NCBI RefSeq assembly: GCF_037042905.1
Contig: NC_087251.1
Location: 33,420,001-33,484,000 of the forward strand
Origin: Lytechinus pictus
Taxonomy: Eukaryota
Direction: 5' to 3'
Length of the DNA: 64,000 nucleotides
Shown: piece by piece, positions 26,624-39,415 of the stretch
Position numbering within the stretch: the first letter of the stretch is position 1
Layout of the letters: every line of letters begins with the position of its first letter
The notes under the pieces: generated by a model
The model's database searches: none
What the model was told of the DNA's origin: nothing
Seen by the model: the letters and a program-made list of their open reading frames with translations, nothing else
Translations under genes and position numbers: made by a program

Positions 26624-27604
26624 TATAAATCTTGTACGATATAATGTACTTTGTTACATAGATTGCAATGTAAATAATTTCATGAACACACACACACTCA
26701 ATAGGGCCTAATCTTTGAATTGTGTTGGCAACACAATAAATTACACAATTTAGGCTGACACAATCACACAAACACACAATATACCCAGTCATACCTCAAC
26801 CTCACCCATATGCACACCCCCCCCCCCCTCTCTCACACACACACACTCCCTCGTAAAGGTATTTGTGACCGTAGCATTACGAATGAATGTGTGTTTGCAT
26901 AAATAATAATTATGTTCACAATCTCTTCAATTCAACAAACGACCGAGCAGGAAAAATAAAACATGAGGGAATAATGCTATCTCCGTAAATATCTCCATAA
27001 ACACAATGCTCTCTTATTCTCTGTACATATGTCATGCAACATACACTTTCAAAATAATGTAAATAACCTTTAGTTTTTCAGTTTTCAAGAAGTTTTCAGC
27101 CTAATATAAATCTTGTACGATATAATGTACTTTGTTCCATAGATTGCAAAGTAAATAATTTCATAAACACACACACACACATTAGGGCCTAATCTTTGAT
27201 TTGTGTTGGCAACACAATAAATTACATAATTTAGGCCGACACAATCACACAGACACACAATATACCCAGTCATACCTCAACCTCACCCATATGCACACCC
27301 CCTCTCTCTCTCACACACACACCCCCTCACACACACACACACACCCTCCCTCGTAAAGGTATTTGTGACCGTAGCATTACGAATGAATGTGTGTTTGCAT
27401 AAATAATATGTTCACAATCTTTTCTATTCAACAATTGACCGAGCAGGAAAAATAAAACAGAAGGAGGGAATAATGCTATCTCCCTGAATATCTCCATAAA
27501 CAAATGCTCTCTTATTCTCTGTACATATGTCATGCAACATACACTTTCAAAATAATGTAAATAACCTTTAGTTTGTCAGTTTTCAAGAAGTTTCGAGCCT
27601 AATA
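26624..27604. repeat. Tandem duplication, period ~481 bp
   Basis: tataaatcttgtacgatataatgtac starts at 26624 and 27105. The copies are highly similar, with substitutions and different (CA)n/poly-C lengths. Confidence 0.95.
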
Positions 27605-29022
27605 AAATTTCATGTTTTTTTCTACATATTTCTTTATACATTTTCTAATGCTGTTTATGAAGGCTAAAATGGCTGCGAATTGTTCTTCCTTTGTGAATAA
27701 GGTAGTTAGTTAAGGATTCCTAACCTTCGATTTGCGATAATTTGTCTTGCATACAAAGGGCATGATATCATAAAATGTTTTACGGTTTCAAAAGTATGAT
27801 GATTATTATAAAGATATGTGTCGTGTTTTAATCAAATAATTGTAATAATAAATAATAAATAATTTTAACCTATACATAATATTTACCATGACGAAATTGA
27901 TGCAAAACTCTTTCATCTTTCCTGCAAAAACCTTTTATTATATATTTGTACTTCACCTCTCGATCCTTGTATGTTCAAAAGGCTCTTTGAAGTGAAAAAA
28001 AATCCATTCGAATATTTATAAAATGTTCTCTATAAACGTATGAACTGTAGGCCTACTCAATAAAATATGAATCATTCCAATAATTACATAAAATATTTGA
28101 AACTTACAAGAATATATTATCAAAACAGTTCAAATATGAGATTATGGTTTTTATTATTACTTATACTGCTTTTTCCTGAAATGTCAAATAACGCTTGAAA
28201 TTAATTTAAATTGATTTTGCGCAATCAATCCATTATTTTGATTTATGTAAATAATCATGAGCCATTACGGTGAATGCTTTTCGTATACCACCCATCCGTT
28301 ACAGTATCAATCCAAAAAAGGTGGTCTTATTTCATAGCTTTGCTTTCTATCCCATACTTAATGGTTACATACTCCATTTTGATTCGTGACAATGTCATGG
28401 ATTAATGATGAAAACTATATCTCCCATTAGGTTTACTGACAAGCTGTAGTAACACTTATCTAATTTGGTGATCCCCTGGAATTTGTTCTTACTGCCCATT
28501 GAGTATGAGGCATGCATATATATTAAATAGTACTGATAAAAATGACACGTTTGTGATTATTATTGAATTTAAGAGAGATGTAAATATGCATGCTGTCCTG
28601 GTTATTTTTTTTCTACTTTCTCTTTTTTTTTTTTTGGGGGGGGGTAAATATATTACAGGCAGATTTTAGTTATTAAGTTATCTCATATTAACCCCAAAAC
28701 AATTGGTATGACATTTAAACAAAAATGATCGGTAATACTTGTAACTTTGTAATTTGTAAATAGGCCTAATAGTAATAATAAAATGATGATGATTAGTATT
28801 ATTATTGGAAACAATATATGATCAAAATGTATTACAAATATGTAATTCTTATATCGTCTCCTATTATGACAAAATATCGGTAGCATTAAGAGGTGTCCTC
28901 AAATGATTTTTAATGCAGTTACTTTTCATAAATTACTTCTATAGATCATCCAGACGAGACAGAGAAGGAGGAGGTCCGATTAAGTCTTGCTCCGTAATTT
29001 CACTTTATTACTTTGCTGCAAC

Positions 29023-29250
29023 ATGGTTTCTGGGGTGGTAGACACGTCCGCTTCGAGCAATAACCCGGAAGCAGATGAGAAACGGAAGATCACATGCCTT
29101 CGATGCTGCTCGGTCACTGCACTTTTAGTCCTTCTTTCCGTCCCTCACATGATCCTGGGCCTCCCCAGTGTGGTAGTGGGAGTGATCCTCTACAGTGACG
29201 CGCACATCTGGCTCGCGCACACGGTATCACCGATATGGAGTGGTGTTTGT
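29023..29250 (+). CDS. TMEM196: TMEM196-like four-TM protein, coding exon 1
   Basis: Acceptor ends at 28944, in-frame TAA at 28981, ATG at 29023 and GTAAGT donor at 29251 (phase 0). LLVLLSVPHMILGLPSVVVGVI...SPIWSGVC matches TMEM196 [21 protein letters not shown]...SPVWSGVC. Confidence 0.9.
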
Positions 29251-29469
29251 GTAAGTTCAAAGGAAACTTATAACATTAATGGACTTGTTCATTTTAACGT
29301 TCGAGAATGCACTATTAAAACGAGCAACACAACTGAATGGATTTTTAAAGATAAATAAAAATTTAGACACTATTTCAAAGATTAAAATAGATAATCCAGA
29401 TTATATTCATAATAGAAATCATTTGTTATTATATTGGGTTCGTGAATTTTCTTCTATCAAGTCACTGGT

Positions 29470-31150
29470 ACTTATATCATGAACCAGTGTTCTGGTAAAG
29501 TACCTAATAGCTTAAAAATCGGAAAAATCATTCTAGTTAAAAAAAAAAACGTGATAAACATACATTTTCAAATTACCAGCCTATTAAATTGTTATCATGC
29601 TTTTCTAAAAATCCTGGAAAATTGTTTACAAAAGACTGAATTCCCACTTAGATAATAACAGAATATTAAAAAGCTGTCAGTATCGATTTATAGGGTAGGG
29701 CAATCATGGAGCATGCGTTAATTGACTTAAACAATGCTCCCCTAACTATGAATAATATTAACCACTCATTTGGAATATTCTTATACCTATCAAAAGCCTT
29801 GGACATTATAGACCAAAACTTACTCTATTATCTCATTACGGTATTAGGGGCGCAGTGTGGGATTGGTTTCAGAGCTACTTTCTTGATCAACAAAACTACA
29901 CTTCGTTTAACAATTATGATTCTCAATATTCGATCGCCCAGTATAGAGTCCCCCATGGCTCCATACTGGGCCCGCTTCTTTTCCTTATTTTTTTAAATAA
30001 ATAGTTTATGTTCAGCATCTTCATTCTTTAATTATGTTTGTTTTTCTTTTTTTGCTGATGACACGACTATCATTTCTACCCATAACAACTCTGTGTATTG
30101 AATTATGTAATATGTGATTGGTTTGATGCAATCAAACTCGTTGTTAATTATGACAAAACTTATTTTATTTCCGAAACCTCATTTATCCCAAAATGTAGCT
30201 TTTGACTTCAATATCAAAATTAGAAATGTAACTTTAAAATTGATAAATTCCGTAATTTTTTAAAGGATTTGTACTAGATGATAAATTGTCTTACAATTAA
30301 CACCGATTTTTTTTTTAGTAATAGGATGTCAAGGAATATTTTGGCTAAATGTGTTAGCTAAAATGTATTTTAGCTAAATTACGTAGGTCCTATAATCTTT
30401 AAGAAAACAATTTGATTTTGCTTTGCGATTGTGTATTACTTCCTTATATATATTGTGGTAATATCACTTGGGCAAGTTGTGGCACTACAAAACTAAACCC
30501 CATACACTGTTCTAACTCCTCTTGTATATATAGCTGGCTCCGTCACGCCCATTATTTTACATTAAACACGTTGACAATTTTTTATATTCACAAAATTCAA
30601 ATAGCAATTTTAATGTACTATGTTAATCACAACTTAGCACCCCTCAATATAATAAATCTATTTCAATATAATAAAGATTACCATCATTACAATACTCGTT
30701 CCCACTCTAAATTCAATTACCCAAAGGCCAATAGCAGTCAATCAGTCATATGCATTATTTTAAATCCACTGGTCCTCGTATATAGAATTCACTCTCTTCC
30801 AATGTTATTCATAGCACTAATGTTACAGCATTTAAAACCAAACTCAAAATTTAATTCATAACTATGTATGCCAAATAGTTACATTATTCTTTTTCATACC
30901 CTTTCCCTGACCCCCCCCCCCCCCATTCCCTGTAGGTTTACCGTCTTATTTATTCTGTATTGGTTGTATCTATTGTTGTTACTTTTTCACTTTTATGTAC
31001 TTTTAACTTTATGTATATTATGTATTGGGTGTCCCATTCATCAAGCTTCTGCTTTTAGGGGCACCCTAATCATTTAAACAATATTTTCAATAATTGTGCA
31101 TTCATGTGTAATTTGTATATTGATTTTGAAAATTCGGATTGAATACAATG
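29470..31150 (+). mobile_element. Degraded 5'-truncated L2/CR1-group LINE (reverse transcriptase region) in an intron
   Basis: Frameshifted RT motifs: GKVPNSLKIGKII, NYQPI, GIFLYLSKALDII, VPHGSILGPLLFLI, FADDTTI, YCGNITW, HHYNTR. Confidence 0.9.
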
Positions 31151-31523
31151 AATTAAATTGAACTTAATCAGTGTAAATCACATTCAAAACTACCGTTTAC
31201 ATTTTGATAATTAAAAAAAAGAAATCATGAACATTTATTTAAAAATAATAATGAAGAGATGGTGGGGAAAAATGAGTTCATCGAGTCATTGATGAAATTA
31301 ATTGAGTCTATTCTCACATTTTTTATTAGTTTATATAAAATGATGATTATAGAAGGTATTTTGTGTATAAACTGACTTCGCTTTAATGGTGATATGCTGC
31401 ACATGATCTAAGAATAGACGTTTGACGATATGACAATTTTTTTTGTTTATATCATTGGATAATCCTATTTTTATCATTCATCAAAGCAATATGGCTATCG
31501 ATCATTTGTTTTCCATTCAACAG

Positions 31524-31580
31524 TTTTTCTTTTGCGGTGTCTTTGGAATAGTGTCTGCTAAGAGAAGTACTCCATATACA
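31524..31580 (+). CDS. TMEM196: TMEM196-like, coding exon 2
   Basis: CAG/GTAAGT boundaries, 57 nt, phase 0-0. FFFCGVFGIVSAKRSTPYT matches TMEM196 FLLCGICGILCAKKKSGLV. Confidence 0.9.
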
Positions 31581-33303
31581 GTAAGTAAAATTAAAATTGT
31601 CATATTCCATTTTCATTACAAATTCAAATAAAAATCAATCATCATTAATTCTCAAGAAAAATATATGTTACGGTTCATTTAATAACATTGTGAAGTTAAT
31701 GGGTTGACATTATGTATTTGATATTTATCTACGATTCCCCTTCTCCTTCAACTCCATATACTTATTTGTCTCCTTTATCTTTTCTTTATACCTTCATCCC
31801 TGTCTCTTTGACCTTCTCGTGCCTTTTCTCTTCTTCTTCTTCTTCTTCTCTTCTGATTACCAATATTTTCACCGAAGCAGTTCTAAAAATGCTGTCTTTA
31901 TTCAGTTCACTTAATTTAACCCGATAAGCCAATTCGATATGTCGCCCTCTTTTGTCACCATAGGAAAAATTGGTACAGTTCTGGGGAGTGTTTCATGAAA
32001 GAACTTGTCAAACGTTTTTCATCTGACAATCCCCATTTTATCCGACAGTTACAATAGGAACCTTGCTTCTTATCCAATCAAAATCACGGAAAGTTGTCAG
32101 TTGGAAAATGTTGATGAAATGCCCCCTAGGTTCAAATCATGGTTTCAGAAAAAGTAGACCTCGACCTTTGGGCACACATAAATGCATTTACCAAGCCACG
32201 TGTTTATCTGATGAGTGTAATTGTTTTATTTTATTTTTTTTAATTATTTTTTGGGGGAGGGGGTGTATTAAAAGAATACTATCCTACATTCGAAGTGTGG
32301 ATTTGCAACATACCTGTTTAGTGCCGTCCGAATCATAGTATGACCCCCCCCAAAAAAAAAAAAAAAAAAAAAAAAAAATCAAAATATTGTAATCCTCTAA
32401 CACACTTGTCATTCTCATCACGTTCTTGGTCATGCAACCGTCAGCAAAATGTTAAAGTTCTTCTATTTAGTTTTCATAACCATCTCTGTCCCATTTTCCT
32501 AAATCAACGATGGACCATGAGATTAATGATCTGCGACTAAATACCATCTATTTGAGAACATCAACGCATAATCTTGGCCAGGAAATGTACTTTTTATGCC
32601 TCTGACCTCTAACATTGTCTCACAAAATGTAACATGAACAGTCAACAAGACTATTCTAATGGAAGTCATTAGTGCCATTCAATAGTCCATACTATGACAT
32701 GATATGACATCATCCAGGGTGTTAGTAGAAATTGTACATGCCATCTGCATGGATCATGGATTTTGGCTACGGTGTATTTCACGCATTGTGCATACATAAT
32801 GTGGCATGCAGTATGTACTTTTGTCGACGATTCGACTTATATCTTATCTATTTGGTGAGCTGTAGCAATGATGTTTGTGGAATTAAAGGCTATTGAAGAT
32901 ATCTCCCTCAAAGGTTCCTATTTGTCTGTAGTCAAAGCTGGAAAGCTGCTTCTAAACTGTTTTGTTTTATTTAATGAAATAGAAAAACTGAAAATAACGA
33001 TAATCATAAACAAATATTTTATGCTTTTGATGGTTGTATATAATTATACTCGGAACTTTTGGTGAATTGCAAAAACAAACAAAAAATTCGCAGCCTCAAG
33101 GTTTAACCACTTTGAAGAAGTACCTGCAGAGGATAGTCTACTGATATGTATGAACGGTTTCTATTCTTCGTAAATTTTCCCCAATGTTTCGCAAAGCGCG
33201 AGGGAACTATCAATATTTTGGTAAATTAACTTTGTATTGAATTACTTGACTATGAAACTGAATTCTTTAATCATAGATGAAATAATTTTACCCCTCTCTA
33301 CAG

Positions 33304-33417
33304 ATATTTTGTTTTTCGTCGTTCTGCATAATCAGTCTCATGGTTGGTATCATCGATATGCAGCTCTTGAGACTTGGTCTAGTCAACCACACAACAGACG
33401 GACAGACATTCCTTAAG
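33304..33417 (+). CDS. TMEM196: TMEM196-like, coding exon 3
   Basis: CAG/GTAAGT boundaries, 114 nt. IFCFSSFCIISLMVGIIDMQLLRLGLVNHTTDGQTFLK (TM3). Confidence 0.9.
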
Positions 33418-34074
33418 GTAAGTCGGCCCACTATAATATTGTAAGAAAAAATAATGGCTAGATGACAGGTTAACGAGATGCAACTGTCATTTTCAGTCCT
33501 ATTTGTTTACAGGGGCGGATCCAGGATTTATCAAGTGGGGGCATTTTTGTCCAGGAAAAATGTAACAACCAACAAAAAAAGGGATCCCCACTTCCGTTTC
33601 AATGACATATTCTCCTAGAAATATGTTTTGTCACTCAAAAGGGGAGGGGTGGGGCACGGGCCGGATGTGCCCCTACCTAGATCTGCCACTGTTTGATTAA
33701 TTATAATCAACCACACAACACAAAAACACAACCAGCTGACTACTTATTTTAGCTAATTCTTTTTTTTTAGTGCAGGATCTACGGTAGATGTTGACCTATT
33801 AATATAATAACTACAAAACACATGTTTATGGAATTTAGATTTTTTTTTAAAGGATACGTCATGCAACAAGGACGTTTATTGGGTTGAGAAGCATTGTTAC
33901 TTCGGTTAATGTCAGATATATAATGGAATTTGTCCGATTAAACATACGACAAGTCCTTTCATGAAAAGTTCTCCTGGGGAGCCTTTCATCAATAATTTGT
34001 ACGACAGGTTTTTAGATCTGACAGCTTTCCTTGATTTTGATTGGCCGAGAAGCACAGTCCAAATATTACTTCTA

Positions 34075-34283
34075 CACTCTAAAAAAAGAAATGTTAACTA
34101 AACATTTGAAAGGTTGGAGGAGTGACAACATTTTCTAAATGTTGCATTTACCACTTTAAATGGTTCTACCCAACACTTAAAATGTTGGATTCAGCTTTAT
34201 ACAAGGTTGGATGTAACATTTGGAAAAGGTTGTCACTCCTCCAACCTTTCAAATGTTGATTTAACATTCAATTTCTTATAGTG
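34075..34283. mobile_element. Foldback MITE with CACT...AGTG termini and TA flanks
   Basis: About 75-bp imperfect TIRs (aacatttgaaaggttggaggagtgacaac / gttgtcactcctccaacctttcaaatgtt), with TA at 34073-34074 and 34284-34285. Confidence 0.85.
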
Positions 34284-34411
34284 TATCCTTCTTGTCTTTC
34301 AGTTATTTGAGTTCATCAACCATGCCCTGTCCTTTCTTGTCTCAAGATATTTTCACTATAATCAGTTATTTGAATTAAACAACCATGCTCTGTTCCTTTG
34401 CCTTGTCTCAG

Positions 34412-34597
34412 GACAATGTAGATCCTGTCATCAATATCGCATTGGGTATAGCAGGAGCGGAGAGTTTTATCTGTGCCCTGAGCGCCCTGTTTAGCTGCCT
34501 GGTAGGCCAGCATGTCCGCAAGGCACTTCGGGCCGGCGGGCAACGAGTGATCACAAGAGAACAGATTATCGCACAGCGACAAGAACAAATTAGACAG
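34412..34597 (+). CDS. TMEM196: TMEM196-like, coding exon 4
   Basis: CAG/GTTAGT boundaries, 186 nt. DNVDPVINIALGIAGAESFICALSALFSCLVGQHVRKALRAGGQRVITREQIIAQRQEQIRQ (TM4 plus tail). Confidence 0.9.
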
Positions 34598-37500
34598 GTT
34601 AGTTTGAAGCTAGACAATTTTCTGGCAAATTGTTCAGTCCCTACAAGATATTTCTCCCAGAAACTGATATGTCGCCGCTCTCGACCCGGGTGAGGCGAAT
34701 GGGTACCTGAAAGATTAACTTTCTTGAATGAAATCAGGTGCAGAATAAAGTGGCAGCCGGGGTAATAATAGGCCTAGTTGTTATCGTTTTGTTGGTATTT
34801 ATTATCCCACATAAATTTTGTTTCTACTCAGCAGATATCAGTCTTCCCCTTTTTATATATCAAAGACAAATCATTACGAACAAACAGGCCAAAAAAACCC
34901 AAACAAGACAGGGGAAAACAGAGAAAAGACAGATGAATTAAACATTACCGCAGCAGTGTGAATACTTTTAAAGATGAAATAATTGACAGGTGTGTGTTTG
35001 CGTACGTGATTATGGGAAAATAATAATTATTACAGAATGCTTGAAATTAATGCGACTTTTCAATTCAAGAAAGTTAGGTCTAGTTGGGACAAAGAACAAC
35101 TGTAAATTGCATCACTTTGTTCATTTCAAATAAATAAATAAATAATCTTCAGAATAGCACTAACTTCATATTGGTTATTGTAGAGATATGATTTTTGTAA
35201 GTTTCAATCGACCAAAAATTTGTGTATACTGTATAGGCCTATCGAGGATTTTTATTTTTGTAGAGGTTATTAGAATCATATTTTGTACCGATTTTCAAGT
35301 CCATTTATTTTAATTGTCTAGGGAAGTTATTAGGAAGAATGCTTAGTTTTAAAACATCACAAACGAGGTGTAAAGACAGTCTTGCAACTCAGTTTCTGTC
35401 TGATATTATATTCATATATTGGTAAATACAACAGAATGCACATCCGCATTGAATATCTGGAGGATATAAAGAGACAGTATAAGATGAATCAACATAATTG
35501 CACACTTTTATTTCCAAATTATCCTTTTCTATGTTAATATATGTGAATAAATTCTTAAATGACTCAGAAAACTAATTACTTCATGATTTTCTTTTCAATG
35601 AATCACGTTTTTACACATTTCGCATGCATTTACCTATTTATGTTAGAAAAACCTAGTTCAGAAAATATTTCGAACATTATCAATACCCGTATAACAGCTT
35701 GGAGTGGATTTTTACATTATGCAGTTATGCAGTTGGATATATATACATATTATTTATCATGGACAATATATTCCTATTACTTTCATGGTTCTTGACACAC
35801 CGTTTCATCAGCATTTTTTTCACAGTGCACTTAATAGAATATGTAGCCATGTAATCATTTTCATATTATTGTTCGTTTAACATTAATTAATATGATTATA
35901 CTCACATATCACATAACCTATATTTATACCATCAGATATACATCGTATATTTTTGAAGCAATATATATAATGTTGCTTAATGAGATATACATAATTGTGT
36001 GACATTTATGTTTCATATTTCATCGTAGAAGTGGCTTTTTTAGACTGGTATTTGAATTTTTCCGAATTTCTATCCCTATGTTATCATCCAGCGTAACTCC
36101 TTGATAATACATTTCCGTTTTGTGAAAGTAAATCAGCTTCTCATAAATCCATGTAAATATTAAACTGTAGTTTATATCTTCGGTCTTATTTTCGCATGAT
36201 TTCTGTCATTTTCGTATAGTAATTATCTTATCATCATTCTTTATTTTTTCCCCATCCGTTTCCTGAGTAACGGTGTTGATAACAACATCATTATTGGATC
36301 ATTGTTTAAATATAACTTATCAGACATGAATTAGCACTTTTCTTTTCATGTCGTTTATTATTCCATACTTACATTTTATATTTTTTTCTCTTTAACATTT
36401 TAAAACTATAGTGAATTGATTGTTGTTGTAAATTTGATGCCAAAGAAGTTGCGGTCGGATAAAGTACAAATTGCAAGCAATCATAATATAATACAACCGA
36501 CATAATTATAAGGAGGAAATGTTGACGAGAAATACAATAGGTTCGAGCATCCTCCAAAACCCCTTTATTTCTGGAATTTCCACTTGAATATGTTCCTATG
36601 CTAATCGTGTTTCTATCAAATTTTATTTTTTATTTCCATGCGTGTTGAATGTGTTTCTTTTCATGTGAAGTGTGCTTTTTGGCATGTTTGTTTTCTTTAT
36701 AACATTACGCCTACTTTATTTCTTCTAGACATAGCAGCATAACGATAACGCATTCCTTTTCTGTCACTTTGCCGAATGCATAGGACCCGAAATTTTGCGG
36801 TATTAGATAAAAAGAATACTGTGGGGGGTGCATGGCCTATTCGATGGTATAGAAAAATATTGACTACTTCATTTTCTTCGTTATAAAGTTGAAATTGGCA
36901 TTGACGTGTAACTTTCCGAAATATTCTGAAATTTACACGAGCAGCGCCGAAGCTGCGTATGTCGCTTATCTCGGCGTCCTTTCGGCACCCGACTTTGCAA
37001 AGTGATAACCCCTTTCCTCTGATCTATAACTCACATTAGATTTTCTATAACGAGCATGGTGTGAATAAAATAGCGTGTGGAAGTTTGATTAGACATCACT
37101 CTCTCTGATATACTGACTACCTCTTCTATAACGACTACCTGTCTCTAACGGCCACTATATCTGTGTGAAACGGCCTTGTACATTCGTCTTGCGTTCTAAC
37201 AAAAAAACACTCTGCATTGTGCTTCAAATTAGCCCCTGATTATATGATATATTTCGGGGCGGAATACACCCTCACCTTCCACAGGCAAAAGAAGCCCCCA
37301 ATAGATCGGGCTGGTTGACTATTAAGACGACATTGCCTTTGCTCAGCTCAAAATCAAGAGATCAAGGATTAGACACGGATTAACTAATCCCAACCAAGGT
37401 GAGAACATAGACAACGAGAGTGTCAAATGAAGGTATCTTCCAAAAGTTTCCACTTCTTCTATAACGCTTCCCTGGGGCAACCATGTATAGTACTACATTT

Positions 37501-38739
37501 TGAAGCATTTAAGTTTGGTTAAAATCCTGAAATACCATCATTATCATAATTCAAAATGTGTTGACTAGAGGCAAATAAAATTATTTCTTATTTATATAAG
37601 GTGACAACTAGATTTATGATTGACTTACCTGGGTTTGTTTTTTTTTAAAGAAATTTCGAGAAAAACTATTTTCACCAATTTGAATTTCCAAACTTCTTGA
37701 CTAACGTTTCGACTGACACCGAAAATACTTACAAGAACACAACTACTCATAATACCCAGAATGCTCTGATCCAATCAAGAAACTCTTATGTTTAGCTTTT
37801 CAGTTCAAACTAATTGGCAAAGCTTAGAAATTACCAAGCTCAAGGTCACTGTTTTTTGTTTAAAATATGTTTCGATATTTGTTGCTGAATAGCAAGATTC
37901 TGTGATACTCTGTCCTACAGTCGCAATTTACCGCTCAAATGTATTAATATTAGATACAAATGCTTTATGTGGAGCACTATTGTTATAAATTCCCTTTTTT
38001 GTGGTTGTTTTCCCGTGCCCTTAGTCATTTCGTTGCAAAGGTAAACGTGTTGATTGAATTTCCTAGACTTGTTGTGGCCCAGCTTACAGCAGCAGTGAGA
38101 TTTAATTCGCAAGCTATTACTTTTATAATAATTTATTTCAATTTTCTTTACGAATTGGTTAATAGAGGTATAAAAAAAAAGCATGTCCACCCCTCACCCA
38201 CCGCCTAGATAAAATATATAGTTATTTTGTCTTTATTCACTGCTTTTACGACACATTTTATTATTATTTCAATTCCTTGGAAAATTTAGGATACAGAATA
38301 ATTTTATTGCAATAATGCGCCTCTAAATTATGTTCGAAATGTAAATAATGTTGAACAATAATGGTTGAATCTAATGATCATTATTATTCATTGTTACAAA
38401 TATTTGCATTATTACGATCTGGTTTCAACTGACGAAAGTCACCATTCATCATTCTTTTTAATGTTGCTCGATTAAAAAAAAAAAAAAAAAAAAAACACGA
38501 AAACTAAGTAAAACACCTCACGCCCTGTTCAATGATAATATAAACAACATTTTCTAGGCTTTCCGAAATCGGAATTATGATTTTCCATTGCATACTGTGT
38601 CTCATTATTTTGTTGTTATCACAAAAAGAATCTTCGAATGAGATGGAGACAACGCGTGAACATGTGAACAATGTATTGAGTATAGTTTACATTAACTGAT
38701 TTTCTTCAAATTCTGATTTATATGTAATCATTTTGACAG

Positions 38740-38796
38740 AGGAGAGATGTTATCAGCACCAAAGGAGTGTCATCCGACAGAAGGCTATGGAAATAA
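38740..38796 (+). CDS. TMEM196: TMEM196-like, candidate alternative (proximal) terminal exon
   Basis: ttttgacag acceptor, phase 0, RRDVISTKGVSSDRRLWK*. Confidence 0.4.
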   Translation, partial: RRDVISTKGVSSDRRLWK

Positions 38797-39337
38797 CTCA
38801 CTTCTGTTTATACATTTTTCCCCGTAATTTTTCTTTGTTTTGTTTTGTCCTCATCTTTATTAAGATTTATTGATATAACATTGATAACTATGTGGATTTT
38901 GAATTGTATCTATGTCTGAATCTATGATGTCTTTTTCTGAACTTTAAAATATAATTCTTAGAGTGGACATCCCTCCCCTTTCCCACTTCCTCTCTCTCCC
39001 TCACTTTTCCCCATCCATTTCCCTGTCTTTCTTTGCCCCCCCCCCCTATAGTCTTATTATCACTCCCAGCCCCCCTCTTTCCCCTTTCTTTCATCCAGTT
39101 CTCTCTTTCTATCTATGTCTCTCTCCCCCCTCTCCCCTCTACCCCCTCCCCCTCTCTCTCTCCCCCTCCTTCTTCCTCTCCATCTTCTCTGATCTCTTTT
39201 TATCCCGTTAATATGGCACACGGTGTCACTGCCCTATCCTTCCCCAATACTTCACCTCCTCCTTTCTGACGTAAACATGTTCCTTTCGTTCGTGCACGCC
39301 ATTCATTTCTCTTGCTCAATTTGTTTGTTGCCCATAG

Positions 39338-39415
39338 CAACGGGAGCACGAGAGGAAAGTGTTGGAGAAGATGGAGAAAGAACGCGCCAAATCAATCCGC
39401 TATCATCGAGTTTGA
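39338..39415 (+). CDS. TMEM196: TMEM196-like, terminal coding exon
   Basis: ttgtttgttgcccatag acceptor, phase 0. QREHERKVLEKMEKERAKSIRYHRV* resembles the TMEM196 EREH...EMAEKE tail. AATAAA lies at ~39629. Confidence 0.75.
   Translation, partial: QREHERKVLEKMEKERAKSIRYHRV

Noticed and set aside
26247..26711. 154-aa ORF
   Set aside because: Low-complexity intron sequence running through (CA)n tracts, with no domain or splice support.
30412..30861. 149-aa ORF as a host gene
   Set aside because: Frameshifted fragment of LINE ORF2.
36729..36810. Acceptor-like site in the last TMEM196-like intron
   Set aside because: Phase-0 reading stops at the second codon (ACA TAG), with no similarity or donor support.
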